Assembly: GCA_022605425.2 (NCBI GenBank)
Contig: CM061248.1
Coordinates: forward strand, 1,116,001-1,180,000
Direction of reading: 5' to 3'
From: Hamiltosporidium tvaerminnensis FI-OER-3-3
Taxonomy: Eukaryota; Fungi; Microsporidia
DNA: 64,000 bases
Shown: piece after piece, positions 63,545 through 64,000 of the stretch
How the letters are laid out: the number at the start of each line of letters is the position of its first letter
Numbering within the stretch: position 1 is the stretch's first letter
Notes under the pieces: generated by a model
The model's input: the letters and a program-made list of their open reading frames with translations, nothing else
Database searches by the model: none
Told to the model about the DNA's origin: nothing
Program-made: the position numbers and the translations under genes

Positions 63545-64000
63545 CTCTTTATCTTACGTTCAAAAGTTTACGCGAGTCTGACAACCTAACTAATCAAAAG
63601 AAAATTGTGTTTTTGCGCCTATAACTATAAGAAGCTATGATTCATTTTTGGATTATGTTCCATCCGTAGAGAGAAACGAGCTTGTAAATAAATAAAGAAA
63701 GAAAGAAAGAAAAAGAATTATGTACTAAAAAAAAGGGAAAATCAAAGAATATCAAAATTTAATCGCGGAATATTACAATCTTAAAAATTATGTTCCTTCT
63801 TCAGAGAAGTACCGTAACTCTATTAAAATAAAACAACATTAAATGAAAAAAATATTTTTAATAATCAGAATTTACTGTATTTTTCAAATAATGATATTAA
63901 TAATCATTTGTGTTAGAGACATATACTAGATCATTCTAAAAGATATTTAGAATTCGTAGTTTATAAATTTAAATAAATTAAAAATAGTTTTATATTATAA

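Noticed and set aside
63689-63716. Short (TAAA)/(GAAA)n run
   Set aside because: Ordinary short microsatellite in AT-rich DNA.

Overview
Very AT-rich, gene-sparse eukaryotic DNA, most likely from a large-genome microsporidian (Hamiltosporidium-like). This is an inference from the CCC/GGG motifs just before start codons, the intronless divergent genes, an EF-hand MscS channel, Asn/Gly-rich inserts in a ubiquitin E1 gene, and an expanded family of signal-peptide/LRR-like genes. Mobile DNA: an intact, young DD34E Tc1/IS630-type transposon with long tandem-array TIRs, a non-autonomous Helitron, three decayed RLE-type (R4/Dong-like) non-LTR retrotransposons, a decayed APE-type LINE, and two decayed rve-integrase (Ginger-like) remnants. 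Genes: five members of a ~770-780-codon SP-(BTB-like)-LRR family (only one fully intact), MscS, an Nse1-like gene, Bdp1 and Uba1 pseudogenes, and two membrane-protein ORFs. There is also a ~6-8 kb segmental duplication. The most unusual unexplained signal is a ~700-bp repeat with no conserved ORF that occurs eight times (full or partial) in strictly alternating orientation. Its two most similar copies form an inverted pair around the Bdp1 pseudogene and Nse1, which suggests a cargo-carrying long-TIR element or a structured ncRNA family. All alignments were done by eye, so boundaries of decayed elements are approximate.
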